A DNA stretch of 64,000 bases from positions 20,832,001 through 20,896,000 of the forward strand of contig NC_043003.1 of assembly GCF_006345805.1 (NCBI RefSeq), written 5' to 3'. Numbering within the stretch: the stretch's first letter is position 1; the number at the start of each line of letters is the position of its first letter. A model generated the notes under the pieces. The model worked only from the letters and a program-made list of their open reading frames with translations. It searched no databases and was not told where the DNA came from. This DNA comes from Octopus sinensis (taxonomy: Eukaryota). The translations under genes were made by a program, and so were the position numbers. Positions 1-11,944 of the stretch are shown here, piece after piece.

Positions 1-136
1 ATCATGGTGCTGTTTTTCTCACAGATGGTGCCCAACTAACTCTACTATGCTGTGTAGCCAACAAAATCAAAAACAAACAATGCACATGCACAAAATTACA
101 AATGTAAAATGGTGACAATTTACTCATCGCACCCTG
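1..136 (-). mobile_element. Tc1/mariner-like element terminus
   Basis: TA|CAGGGTGCG end on the minus strand. About 120 bp homologous to 49993-50112 on the plus strand. Confidence 0.55.
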
Positions 137-387
137 TATATAAAGATAAAGACTTCTGTGTTATTCTTCATTTTCAAATGCAGAAGTCGATGTGTGTGTG
201 TGTGTTTGTGAAAATTTTAACTTACTCCACTAGTATGTGTTTCTATGTGTAACCACTCTATAATTGTTTGGGGTCCTTTCTTTACAACATCAGAGCTGCC
301 TGGGGACACCCACCAATCTACGCAACATGACTCTCATAACTCATGCAACAGCATAGACTTTGTTGAGAAGCCATTAACTATACAGCT

Positions 388-595
388 GTGACACACACAT
401 ACAAACACACACACACATGCACACACACACAAGCGCGCGCACACACACACATACAAACACACACACACACACATGCACGCTCACACACAAACACACACGC
501 ACACACGTACACACACACACAAACACACACACACAAACGCACACACATGCACACACACAGAAACGCACACACGTACACACACAAACACACACACA

Positions 596-673
<78 letters not shown>
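388..673 (+). repeat. Imperfect (CA)n microsatellite, followed by TA/TACA/TG blocks to about 1190
   Basis: Direct reading of the sequence. Confidence 0.95.
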
Positions 674-676
<3 letters not shown>

Positions 677-766
677 AGGCTGTAATCTGACCTGAAGTCT
701 GTTGTTTCTTTGTCTATCCTTTTATTCTATCATTCGTTCATTAATTAATTAATTCATTCATTCATT

Positions 767-822
<56 letters not shown>

Positions 823-864
823 CATACATGTATATATATATATACATACATACATACATATATA

Positions 865-898
<34 letters not shown>

Positions 899-2041
899 CA
901 TACATACATGCATAGTTATATGTCTATGAGTGTGCACGAGTATGCCTGTATATATATATACATAAATACCTGTATGTGTATATGTATGTATGTATGTATG
1001 CAAAATATTTAAATTTAGGTCTGCTTGATAAGAGTTTATCTGGGTTAAATATGTTTGACTGACCAAAAGTGATATAGAAATGTGTATGCATGCATCCATG
1101 TGTGTGTGTGTATGCATGCATGTGTGTGTGTGTATGCATGCATGTGTGTGTGTGTTTGTGTGCATTTGTGTGTGCGTGTGTGTGTGTGAAAATTTTAACT
1201 TACTCCACAAGTATGTGTTTCTATATGTGACATTCCTGTACCGGTTTCCTATTTCTTCATTGCCTTAAGGGGCTAAACATAGAAGGGACAAACAAGGACA
1301 GACAAAGGGATTAAGTCAATTACATCAACCCGAGTGCATAACTGGTACTTGATTTATCAACCCAAGTGCATAACTGGTACTTAATTTTTCAACCCTCGAA
1401 AGAATGAAAGGGGAAGTTGACTCGGCGGAATTTGAACTCAGAACATAATGGCAGACGAAATACCACTAAGCATTTTACCCAGTGTGCTAACGTTTCTGCC
1501 AGCTCACTGCCTTTACAGGCTTCCATTGATATTTATCACAATAATCTGAATACCCAAAATGTTTTGTTTTTTTTTAAAATTATATAATAAAAATAGATAA
1601 GTTTGACATAGAAGCTAGTAAAGGAGCTGGGCTGAAATAGAGTATGAAGGGAAAATGGACAGTAAGAGATGATGATGATGATGAGGAGGAGGAGGTATGT
1701 AATGTGATGTGACTGTACTTTTTTTGTATCTGAAGATCACACGGAAAAGTGACGCAGCTTCAAGTGATTCTCTAAGCCAATCCTTGATGCTTGTAGGGCT
1801 TTCCTTCCTGCCTGCACTGAGTAGTTTTAATGTGAGAGTCAGTCCATACAATCCAATCCCAGTCTTTTAGACTTGGAGGTCTGACCACAGCTCGTTGGCC
1901 ACTGTAGCCATCACTCAATGTAATAAACAAAAACACCTTGTTATCACACACAGCATCCTTGTCAACAAGAGGGGATTAGAATACTTGGTTGTGTGTTCCA
2001 GCAGAGTGATGACACTGAGTTTTCCTTTTGTCCAATGTGTA

Positions 2042-2240
2042 CAAGGGGGTGCTGAAAAGTTTCTGACTTTAAGGGTATCAGGAAAAGCCTGGATGGAGAT
2101 CCAACCTTCCAAGTTCTTTTAAAGGGCTTAGAATAACTGAAAGACTGCTGCAATAAATGTGTGAATCCAAGAGAGGAATACAGGGCTGGATTTAAACCAT
2201 GATGGGGCCCAGGGCACTTCAAGTTCGGTGGGTCCCTTAT
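2042..2240 (+). mobile_element. Mariner-derived MITE, degraded copy
   Basis: TA|caagggggtgctgaaaagtttctg left TIR. Body homologous to 34789-35001. Confidence 0.65.
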
Positions 2241-2747
2241 ACACAAAAATTAAAATCTAAGAAAATTAATAAATCTGAATCTCAAAAACACATCTATTTC
2301 AAATAAGTGAATTTGATGAGTTAGCAGAGAAGGTTTAAATAAATGACTGAAAATATTGCTTTATAGATACACTTTTCCAAAATTCAAATTTTGTTTCTCG
2401 CATATCCACTTGCAGTGTTTGACTTTTCCTTCATTGTGGAAAGTACAATGAAGGAGGGAAGAGGACGAGGGGTAAGATTTTTTTTCTTTTAGTGCAAGCT
2501 ACAAATGTTTCAGAATGTAGAATAAGAAAATGAGGGAAAATTACAAAAAAGACAAAAAATCATTTTTGTGGTTGTTACTGTTCCAAAGACATGATGTGTG
2601 TATATGTGTGTCTGTCTGTGTGTGCGTGAGAAAGAGAAAGAGAGAGAGAGAGAGAAAGAGTGGGTAGGGACACTGACATTTAAAAGACGTGAATTTTAAA
2701 AATTCTTCTTTTAAGATGGTTTCTCTTCATTGTTTTGCAATTTGTAA

Positions 2748-3063
2748 AAGTTCCGAGGAGGGGAAGGAAAGGGAGGAATTGCTTCCTGGAAAGTTCCTCA
2801 CCCTCCTTGGAACTTTCCAGCAAGTAATTACTTCCCCCAGGAAGTAATTCCTCTGCCTCCTTGGAACTTTCTAGGAAGTAATTTCTCCCCTTCCTCCTCC
2901 TCCTCAGAACTTTCCAGGAAGTCATTCCTCCCCACCTCGGAACTTTCCAGGAAGTATTTCCTCCCTTTCCTCCCCCTCCTCAGAAGTTTCTAGGAATTAA
3001 TTCCTCTCCCTCATTGGAACTTTCAAGGAAGTAATCCCTCCTCTTCCTCCCCCTCCTTGGAAC
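2748..3063. repeat. Degenerate minisatellite with core ggaactttccaggaagtaattcc, first unit inverted
   Basis: About 8 units separated by C/T-rich spacers of variable length. Confidence 0.8.
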
Positions 3064-3136
3064 AATGAAACATTTGAATATATATGCAATAACTCTAAAT
3101 CCAGAGAAGAATGCTTTTATCTGTTGAGAGTTGTAA

Positions 3137-3500
3137 TTACCTGAAGGAGGTTATGTTTTCGTAACCATCTGTCCGTCTGTGTGCAAAATAACTCAAAAAG
3201 TTGTGAACGGTATTTGATGAAACTTGCCAGAAAAGTTGGTAATGACACAAGGAACAGATGATGAAATTTTGGTAGTGATCTTGGAATTTATGGATTCTTG
3301 AAGGATTTTTCATTTGTTATATTTACTTTATATGAAGTATTACAATGTCTCTGTTCTTTGATTATCTCCCTTGAAAACATGTTCATCGTTTCCACTTAAC
3401 CTATGGTGGCGTTGCTGTTCCCAAAGTTTATTTTCATTTCCCTATTAGTAATTTTACTTGTGTACCTGTCTTAAAATGAGTTGCTTGGCGGAGGTCTGTG
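3137..3500 (+). mobile_element. Non-autonomous element with cctccgccaag/cttggcggagg end motifs (family unassigned)
   Basis: ...aaggaggttatgttttc start and cttggcggaggtctg end. Shorter copy at 3672-3803 and inverted copy at 40895-41250. Confidence 0.55.
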
Positions 3501-3902
3501 GAGGATGACATGACAAGCCTTGACTATTGGGATCAACTCAAAAATCTCAGGCTTTGCTCCTTCCACTGCCGCTGTGAAACTAGCTTGCTGTTGTCATTGA
3601 TGTATTATAACTGCTTCACATGATTCCTGTTTTTAAAGGTTTTTTTTTAAAATCATATGGCTGTGCTATTTTTTACCCCCGCCAATGAGGTTATGTTTTT
3701 GCTGGCATTGGTTTAGGAAATTGGGCAATTTTCAGCATGTGTGTATATGGGTGGAAATGAGCTGCTTGGTGGAGGTCTGCGCTCTCCGAGTGCTTTTCTA
3801 GTTTCATAATTAAAACTAGATTCAAAATTTTTCTTTACTTACTTGCTCCATAAAATAAGACTAGTTTCCAATGCCTCACTGAAATAAGTTTAGAAATAGA
3901 AA

Positions 3903-3937
<35 letters not shown>

Positions 3938-4879
3938 CTTTAACTGTTATTGGTCAAACCAAGGTCAAGCTCAGTCATATGTTGAAAGAAGGAATTTGGC
4001 CTAGAGATAATAACATTTTTCTCTCTCATACTTACGCACACACACAAACACATACACTCACAGATACATACATACATATACTTGCATACATACATACATA
4101 CATACATACATTTTCAGGAGTGTTCTGTTGTTACCCTTTCCTCTGCTGCTGTCCCAAAAGCAGCTACAATTCCCAAGGGAATTTGTGGCTTTTGGACTGG
4201 GTTTTTTTTTAATTGAACTAATTGGTGTCTCTAAAGTGGCAACATCTATGTTTATTTATCATAGAAGAGAATCCATTACATTTTTTAAAGAGTCAAAATA
4301 CCTTTGTATATTGAAAGAGAGCCTTTCCGTGGCTGATTGTTGGGAGGTGAGGTCCACCCTGTATTGAGTGCTACACACTCTTCCTAGCAGGGGTACCCCA
4401 ATAGCAGATGCCCAGTGCAATCACCCCCTCTTCCTCTGAAAAATCTGGCCCTGGAGGAATATGTTGAATGAAATCATAATGAACTGAGCCTCCAATATTT
4501 TCTTATACCCAAAGCCTGGAACTTTTTAACATATCCTCATATAACAGAACAGTGATTGATATAATTGATTCAGAGAGCAAATGTGTATGGAGTTCTGTAG
4601 TAACAAGTATTGGATTCCCACAGTAATGATGTTTGAGAGTAGTAATTGAGTTCAGTAAGCGGAGATCCACAATAAGGTTACTTCAGTTTTGAAGAGAGAC
4701 CGGAAGGAACAAACTTAGTCAGCAAATCTGAAATTCTATTTACAGTCTCTATGACTTTGAAATTGCTTTGTACTTATATATATGCCAAAGAACTATTGAT
4801 AATTGCATCATGTGGACTCTACTTGAGCTTTATAAAAGATTGATAGATCTTTTAATAGAACTAAAATATTTTGTTATGT

Positions 4880-4924
<45 letters not shown>

Positions 4925-5087
4925 GGTGCAGGAGTGGCTGTGTGGTATGTAGCTTGCTAACCAACCACATGGTTCCGGGTTCAGTTCCACTGCGTGGCAT
5001 CTTGGGCAAGTGTCTTCTGCTATAGCCCCAGGCCGACCAATGCCTTGTGAGTGGATTTGGTAGACGGAAACTGAAAGAAGCCTGTCG

Positions 5088-5146
<59 letters not shown>

Positions 5147-5237
5147 CCTTTTGCAATACCCTAAAGCAAGGAACTTTACAGCCCCACCTCATATATGTGA
5201 AAATGTGTCTTAGATGAAGCTGTTTCAGTTCATCCAC

Positions 5238-5284
<47 letters not shown>

Positions 5285-6116
5285 TATATATATATTATAT
5301 TTATATATATATATATCCTCATACATACATATACCTAAATACGTATGTACATTCATACATAAATTCATAGACACATGCACATTAATCAAAGTGTACAGTA
5401 TTATATATCCATTGTAGCCTATCTTACCAATCAGTTTTGGAACTGCCAGATCACACAATTTCAATATACCTGCTCTCCTCAGTGGTAGACATTCAGTAGC
5501 TGCACAGCAGTTGAATTTCACTGCCAATGATATATAGGATTTCAGTGATTTTTAAAGCTTGATGCCTCAAAAAGTCAGTAGGTTTTTTAAGATATAATTA
5601 TCAACAACAGAAGCAGTTCTGGAATGATTCTCATCTGTCAAAGTTACAAATATGTGTACTTTTACACACCATGCATCTATATGAGAAGTCCTCTCTAGCT
5701 AAGTAACACAGATCATACATTCCAACAAAACATCTGTGTTAAGTTTGATATAATGATTGTCTTTTGGTATTTATACAGCTTCTGTCATTAATAATTATGT
5801 TTTAATAAGTCTGCTGGTTTTTTGTAATATCAGTACTCGATAAGTTATTGAAATTTTATATATCATTGATAGTTAAATTTGGCTGGTATGCAGTTAGAGG
5901 ATGTCTGCCACTGAGGAGATGGGGTACATCGAAATCATGTGATCTTGCAATTCCAGTGGCTGTAGAGAACAATTCTCATTTGCCAACAATATAAATGTGT
6001 GCTTTTACACACCATACATCCACATGAGAGAGCAACTCAAAGTAAATAATGCAATATTCTCATTCTAATAAATAGCTCATGGTATACCTTTTGGTCTTAA
6101 TACTGCTTCTGTTGCA

Positions 6117-6182
<66 letters not shown>

Positions 6183-6797
6183 CAATGCCCTGATGCAGTA
6201 CCGATGCCCTGATACAGTACCAATGCCCTGATGCAGTACCAGTGCCCTGATGCAGTACCAGGCAGTGGCTCTCGTGGCTTCTGATCTTAACTGATTGGAA
6301 GTGTTATCATGTACATTGTTTTGTCTTGGTATAAAGGATGTGCTACAGCAAATATTCTGCTCAATACCACAGATTTGCTTATCAGTTGTTTGACCTTAAC
6401 CAGTTGGGCATGTCCCTTAGTGGCTGACAATATGTGCATCTCTGATCACAAGCAGAAGTAGTGGGGGAGTATCATAGCCATGTGATGAGAGGAATTCTTT
6501 GGGGTTTGAATAATTCACCTCTGGAAACATGGGTGTTTTGTTCAACATCCTTAAACAACCCTTATTCAGGGACCTTTTGAGTGGGATGGGTTACTCGACC
6601 AGAAGAAAATTCTAACTGGGCCCCACCTGCAAGGTCATGTGCTGTTTATCTTTATATGACATCACCATGTTGTGCAGATATGGTTGTGATGCATGTGCCT
6701 AGTGTACCCTTATCAGATGGGTAGTCATGATGGATATACTGGTCTTTGTATTTTTTACCGCAGTGTCACTTTGATGGCATGCACTGCTCTCTCACTC
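6183..6797. mobile_element. Non-coding element flanked by (AAT)n, copy 1
   Basis: Co-linear in inverted orientation with 37495-38050. Both copies have (AAT)n on both sides. Four 19-bp repeats at one end. Confidence 0.8.
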
Positions 6798-6846
6798 AAT
6801 AATAATAATCATTATATATATATATATAAGAATAAAAGAATATATG

Positions 6847-6899
<53 letters not shown>

Positions 6900-6903
<4 letters not shown>

Positions 6904-7111
6904 TTTTATTCATTTACATGTTTCAGTCATTTGGCTGTTGCCATGCTTGAGTACCACATTAAATGGTTTTAGTCAAAGAAATCTACCCCCAGAACTTATT
7001 CGTTGTAAGTCTAGTACTTACTCTATCAGTCTCTTTTCCTGAACCACTAAGTTATGGAGATGTAAACACACCAACATCGATTGCCAAGCGATGGTGGGGT
7101 GACAAACACAG

Positions 7112-7146
<35 letters not shown>

Positions 7147-7330
7147 CACACACACATATATATATACAATGGGCTTCTTTCAATTTCCATCAACTAAATC
7201 CATTCACAAGGCTTTGGTTCGGCTGAGACTATAGTAGAAGACTCTTGCCCAAGTTGCCATGCAGTGGCACTGAACCTGGAACCATGTGATTATGAAGCTA
7301 GTTTTTTACCACACAGCTCATGCCTGCACC
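6900..7330 (-). mobile_element. SINE family A, full copy
   Basis: Reverse complement of the 60085-60500 architecture. Confidence 0.8.
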
Positions 7331-7347
7331 TATATGTGTGTGCAAGC

Positions 7348-7397
<50 letters not shown>

Positions 7398-7550
7398 ACG
7401 CACACATAGGTCTAAGGTTATGTTTGTATGTGGAGAAAAGTGTGTTTTTTTAGTGTTATACTTTGTAAATAAGAACAAATCATCATAAGGGAGAGGTATC
7501 AACCCTCCTAAAAAACATTAGTAATTCAAACTATAAATAACAAACACTGT

Positions 7551-7556
7551 TTTATT
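7551..7556 (-). promoter_or_regulatory. Candidate polyadenylation signal for FAAH
   Basis: AATAAA on the minus strand about 137 nt after the stop codon, followed by U/GU-rich sequence. Not verified by transcripts. Confidence 0.45.
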
Positions 7557-7692
7557 CTTTATCAAAATACTGTGGTCCTACAATAGTGAAAAATATTTCC
7601 TAACACCAGTTCACTTTTCCTCTGAAGTGGAGCCCATGTGATTATCAGTCATCATGTATATCTAAGGTCTGATGGACTATCATGGCTATATG

Positions 7693-7815
7693 CTAGTTGC
7701 TTTTCTTCTTCAGTTCACTATCCAGTTCTTTTGTGATGCGTAAGGCAAGCTCATCCTTATATGTTGGAGCAACAACCTGGATATTGACTGGAAGTCCAAC
7801 ACTGCCTGGAATTGA
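7693..7815 (-). CDS. FAAH: FAAH coding exon 17, terminal ([32 protein letters not shown]...KSN*)
   Basis: tttctttgcag acceptor, TAG stop at 7693-7695. GLP..(I/V)Q.VA....E..LR motif. Confidence 0.93.
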   Translation of the reverse strand, partial: SIPGSVGLPVNIQVVAPTYKDELALRITKELDSELKKKSN

Positions 7816-10800
7816 CTGCAAAGAAACAAGACATATCATTTGGAATTGTCAGAGTAGATGTCATGGAAGAATCGAACTCAGACTACGGGCTACAAAGTAA
7901 TGAATTTAAACTTTACTACATTCTTGAGCAAGAAATGTTATTTTATTCTATTACACATAGAAAATAAAGGCTTATTTATTTAATGTAATTGTATAAATAA
8001 ATACATTAGGTAAACTAAGATTATATTTTTGCAGATTATCAAAATCATCTTTTGAATCTGTATTTACATTATTTATCAGTTCAGAATGGTTTGATGGATA
8101 TCGTGTCTAGCTGCCAGACAAATGTCACCGAACAAATTAAGATATAGTGCAGATAAAAAAAAATTAAGTAAATCTCTACATATATATATAAAGCTGAAGT
8201 TATCTGTGTATGGCAGGTTTGGTAGCCTTCAACCAACACTATCTCCTCTGAGACCCTGCAGCGCAAGTTGACCAAAATTGAGAGTATGATAGAAGAAGGC
8301 TTGCTCTTCATTCCGTAGAAGAAAAAATTCAAATCAGACCATGTTAACACAAAACATTATTTACATCAAAAAGATGCTTTTTGTCTATGAAAATCCCTAT
8401 TTTTTACGATTTTTTGACTGGTGTGTCACCATTTTTCGGTGTATTTCAACCAGAAAAATGTTCACTTAAAGAGAATAACAAGCCACATAATGCAAAAATT
8501 TTTACTTTTCAAAAATTCCAATTCTAAAGGGTCGAAACAAACCCGAGCAACTCTGGGCGATGCTGCTAGTATATACTAAAAATAAGGCTAGTATGCTGAA
8601 AAAATAGATAATCTTAGACATAAGTGAAATAGCTACAACCAGAAATGAAAAGGTGGGTTATATTCAATAAACTGTAGTTTTCTTCACAATCTCCTTGCAA
8701 CCTCAGTGAACTACACTGAAAAGTTAACATATCATATAAAAAAGTAGTTGTTTAAATTTTCTTTTTCTGAAAAATACTCAGCTTAGGCACAGCCCCAGGC
8801 TGAAACCAGTAAAAGATAAAAGATATTTTTCTTGACTTATTTAATATTTTATATATTTCTGGGCTGGTGTGTAAGCAAACTTGGTAGAATGTTCAACCAA
8901 ATGTTTTGCAGTATTTTCCTACTTCCCTTAATATTCAGAGTTCAAATCCCATAGAAGTCAACTCTGCCTCCCATCATTTGAGTGTTGATAAACTAAGTTC
9001 CAGTCAAATATTGAGGTTGATTTATTTCATTTTTCTGATTCTTCAGAATGTGTGGATCTTGTGTCAATATCTGAAATAAATATTTTCCGAGCCTACTCAG
9101 GACTGTCTCTACATAGATGCCTGTCAAAGAAAAGAGCTAATTTTGAATGACACCCTTATACATTAGCCAACTTTCCCATTTGCAGCACAAGCAAGTATCT
9201 GTGAACATATATTGTCTACTATTTGCAGTGTTCCAAATGCAGTGATTACTACATTGGTAGTATGTTCCATCCACTCCATGTCTGGCTGAACAAACTCCTG
9301 ACAACACATACACAAACACATCTTGAAATGCAGTAACACCACCAACAATATAAATACTTCCATACTACCCACAGAGAGGAATGTTGGAAACCTCTTAATC
9401 AAGGAATCCTTCATGATTCACTAACTTAACTCTATGATTAGCAATCAGTTAGAGTTGGGCCAATGGGTTTTTTTTCTATCCCTCCGTCATACTTCAGTTT
9501 CTCATCACCTGACATAAAGCCCTTCACTCGATAGTACACCCTTATGCAATTGAGAGGTTTTGTTTTGCAAGAAACAAGGTGACCTCATTTGTGAGTTGGA
9601 GCTATATAATAAAAAGCACCTGATATACATTGGGAAGTGGTTGGCATTAAGAAGAGCATCCAACCTTAGAAACTACGCTAAAGCAGAAACTGAAGTTTGG
9701 CACAATCCTCTGTCTGATTGGTTTCTATTCAAACCATCCAACCCATGCTAGTATGGAAGACAGAAGTTAAATAGTGGTGGTGTTCAGTTAACTATTTCAG
9801 CATCAGCCAGCTTATTACCAAACATATAATTTGAAAGATGCTCTTCCTCATAGCAACCACTTTACAAAGTATACTGGGTGCTTTTTTCTGTAGCCCCAAC
9901 ACATGTAATAATTGCCTCATAACTTGCAAGACCTTAAAGCAGCCTCTATAAATGAGGAGAACAAAGGTGAGAGTGGATGAGGGTCCAAGGTAGAGGCATA
10001 GGGGATGGTAAGTAAGAGAAGAGAGTAGGAGACACAAACTATGTATATGAAACGACAAAATATTAATAAGGTAAAAATAATCCTACCTTTTTCATAAAGT
10101 ATTCAACCATTGATTTAGTATTATAAGTCTTCTTTACATCTTCTTCGGTTACCTTGGTAACAGGCATAGACACAGCAGGGTAGTTCAGTAGATTATAGAG
10201 TAAAGTATAGGTTGGAAACCCTGCAAAGAAAATCATCAGGAGAAAGGTGAAATTACTGTTGTTGCTGTTTAAATTCGTCAAGCTAGCCTTTACCAAGCAA
10301 ACCTGTGGCCTAAGACATTCCAGTAATGACCATCCCCAACTTTTTTTTATCCAGCATGGATGTATGAATTGAGAAGTTCACTTCCCAACCACGAGGGTCA
10401 ATGTAATCGATTTTAACCCAATGCGACCCCTAACCCAAAAAGTGTAATTGACTTACCCCATTGTGCTAAAATCAATATTAACTCACTTGCTGATTTGGTG
10501 TTCTGAGTTCAAATTCTGCTGAAGTTGACTTTGCCTTTCATCCTCTTGAGGTCAATAAAATAAGTACCAATTGAGTACTGGAGTCGATGTAATCAACTTT
10601 TCCCCTCCCCAAAAATTTGGTGGCCTTGTGCCAAAATTTGAAACCAATATTAACCCACTTGTTACAATGTTTCAGTTGAAATACACTGTTTCTCATCATT
10701 ATCATCATCGTTTAACATCTGCTTTCCATGCTAGCATAAGTTGGACGATTTCACTGAGGACTGATGAACCAGATGGCTGCACCAGGCTCCAATCTTGATC

Positions 10801-11892
10801 TGGCAGAGTTTCTACCTTCACTTGCCTCAACAGGTCTTCGCAAGCAGAGTTTAGTGTCCAATGACGGAAAGGTATGCATAAGTGGGCTGGTTACACCCCT
10901 GGCATAGGCAACAAGGTTATGGTCTCACTTGGCTTGCCAGGTCTTTTCAAGCACAGCATATTTCCAAAGGTCTCGGTCACTAGTCATTGCCTCAGTGAGG
11001 CCTAATGTTTGAAGGTCACGCTTCACCACTTCATTCCAGGTCTTCCTGGGTCTACCTTTTCCACAAGTTCCCTCAACCGCTAGGGTGTGGCACTTTTTCA
11101 CACAGCTATCCTCATCCATTCTCACCACATGACCAAACCAGCACAGTCGTCTCTCTTGCACACCACATCTGATGCTTCTTAGGTCCAACTTTACTATCAA
11201 GATACTTACACTCTGTCAAGTATGCACATTGACATTACACATCCATCGGATCATACTAGCTTCATTCCTTGCGAGCTTACACATGTCCTCAGCAGTCATG
11301 GCCCATGTTTCACTGCCATGTAGCATGGCTGTTCGTACACATGCATCATACAGTCTACCTTTTACTCTGAGTGAGAGGCCCTTTGTCACCAGCAGAGATA
11401 AGAGCTCCCTGAACTTTGCCCAGGCTATTCTTATTCTAGCAGCTACACTTTCAGTGCACCTTCCCTGCTACTGACTTGGTCGCCTAGGTAATGGAAGCTT
11501 GTCTCTGTTTCAATTAATTTTGAAATAATGAAAAATTTTATAAAACAACTCTGTCTTTATTAAGCTGATGTTTGGAACATAAATTTACATGAAGCCCTGA
11601 TAGACGGTTTTAACACTTAAGCATTTAAACCAGTCAAATCCAGCCCAAATATTCACACTGTTATATTTTCAAACTGGCTACATCCTGCTTTTTACACTTA
11701 TTCTATATTGTCAATCTAGAAATATACAATCAGGTGCAGGAGTGGCTGTGTGGTAAGTAGCTTGCTCACCAACCACATGGTTCCGGGTTCATTCCCACTG
11801 TGTGGCACCTTGGGCAAGTGTCTTCTACTGTAGCCTCAGGCCAACCAAAGACTTGTGAGTGGATTTGGTAGACAGAAACTGAAAGAAGCCCA

Positions 11893-11944
<52 letters not shown>

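Noticed and set aside
374-1268. ORFs encoding CV/HT/YI repeats, here and throughout the window
   Set aside because: Translations of (CA)n, (TA)n and (TATG)n microsatellites. No splice or domain support.
5620-6120. Diverged about 170-bp duplication (5628-5790 and 5972-6120) as paralogous exons
   Set aside because: Stops in the frames I checked and no recognisable domain. Probably an old local duplication.
9100-10060. Possible transposase remnant or second gene
   Set aside because: Only short unrelated ORFs and scattered repeat pieces; no motif I can support.
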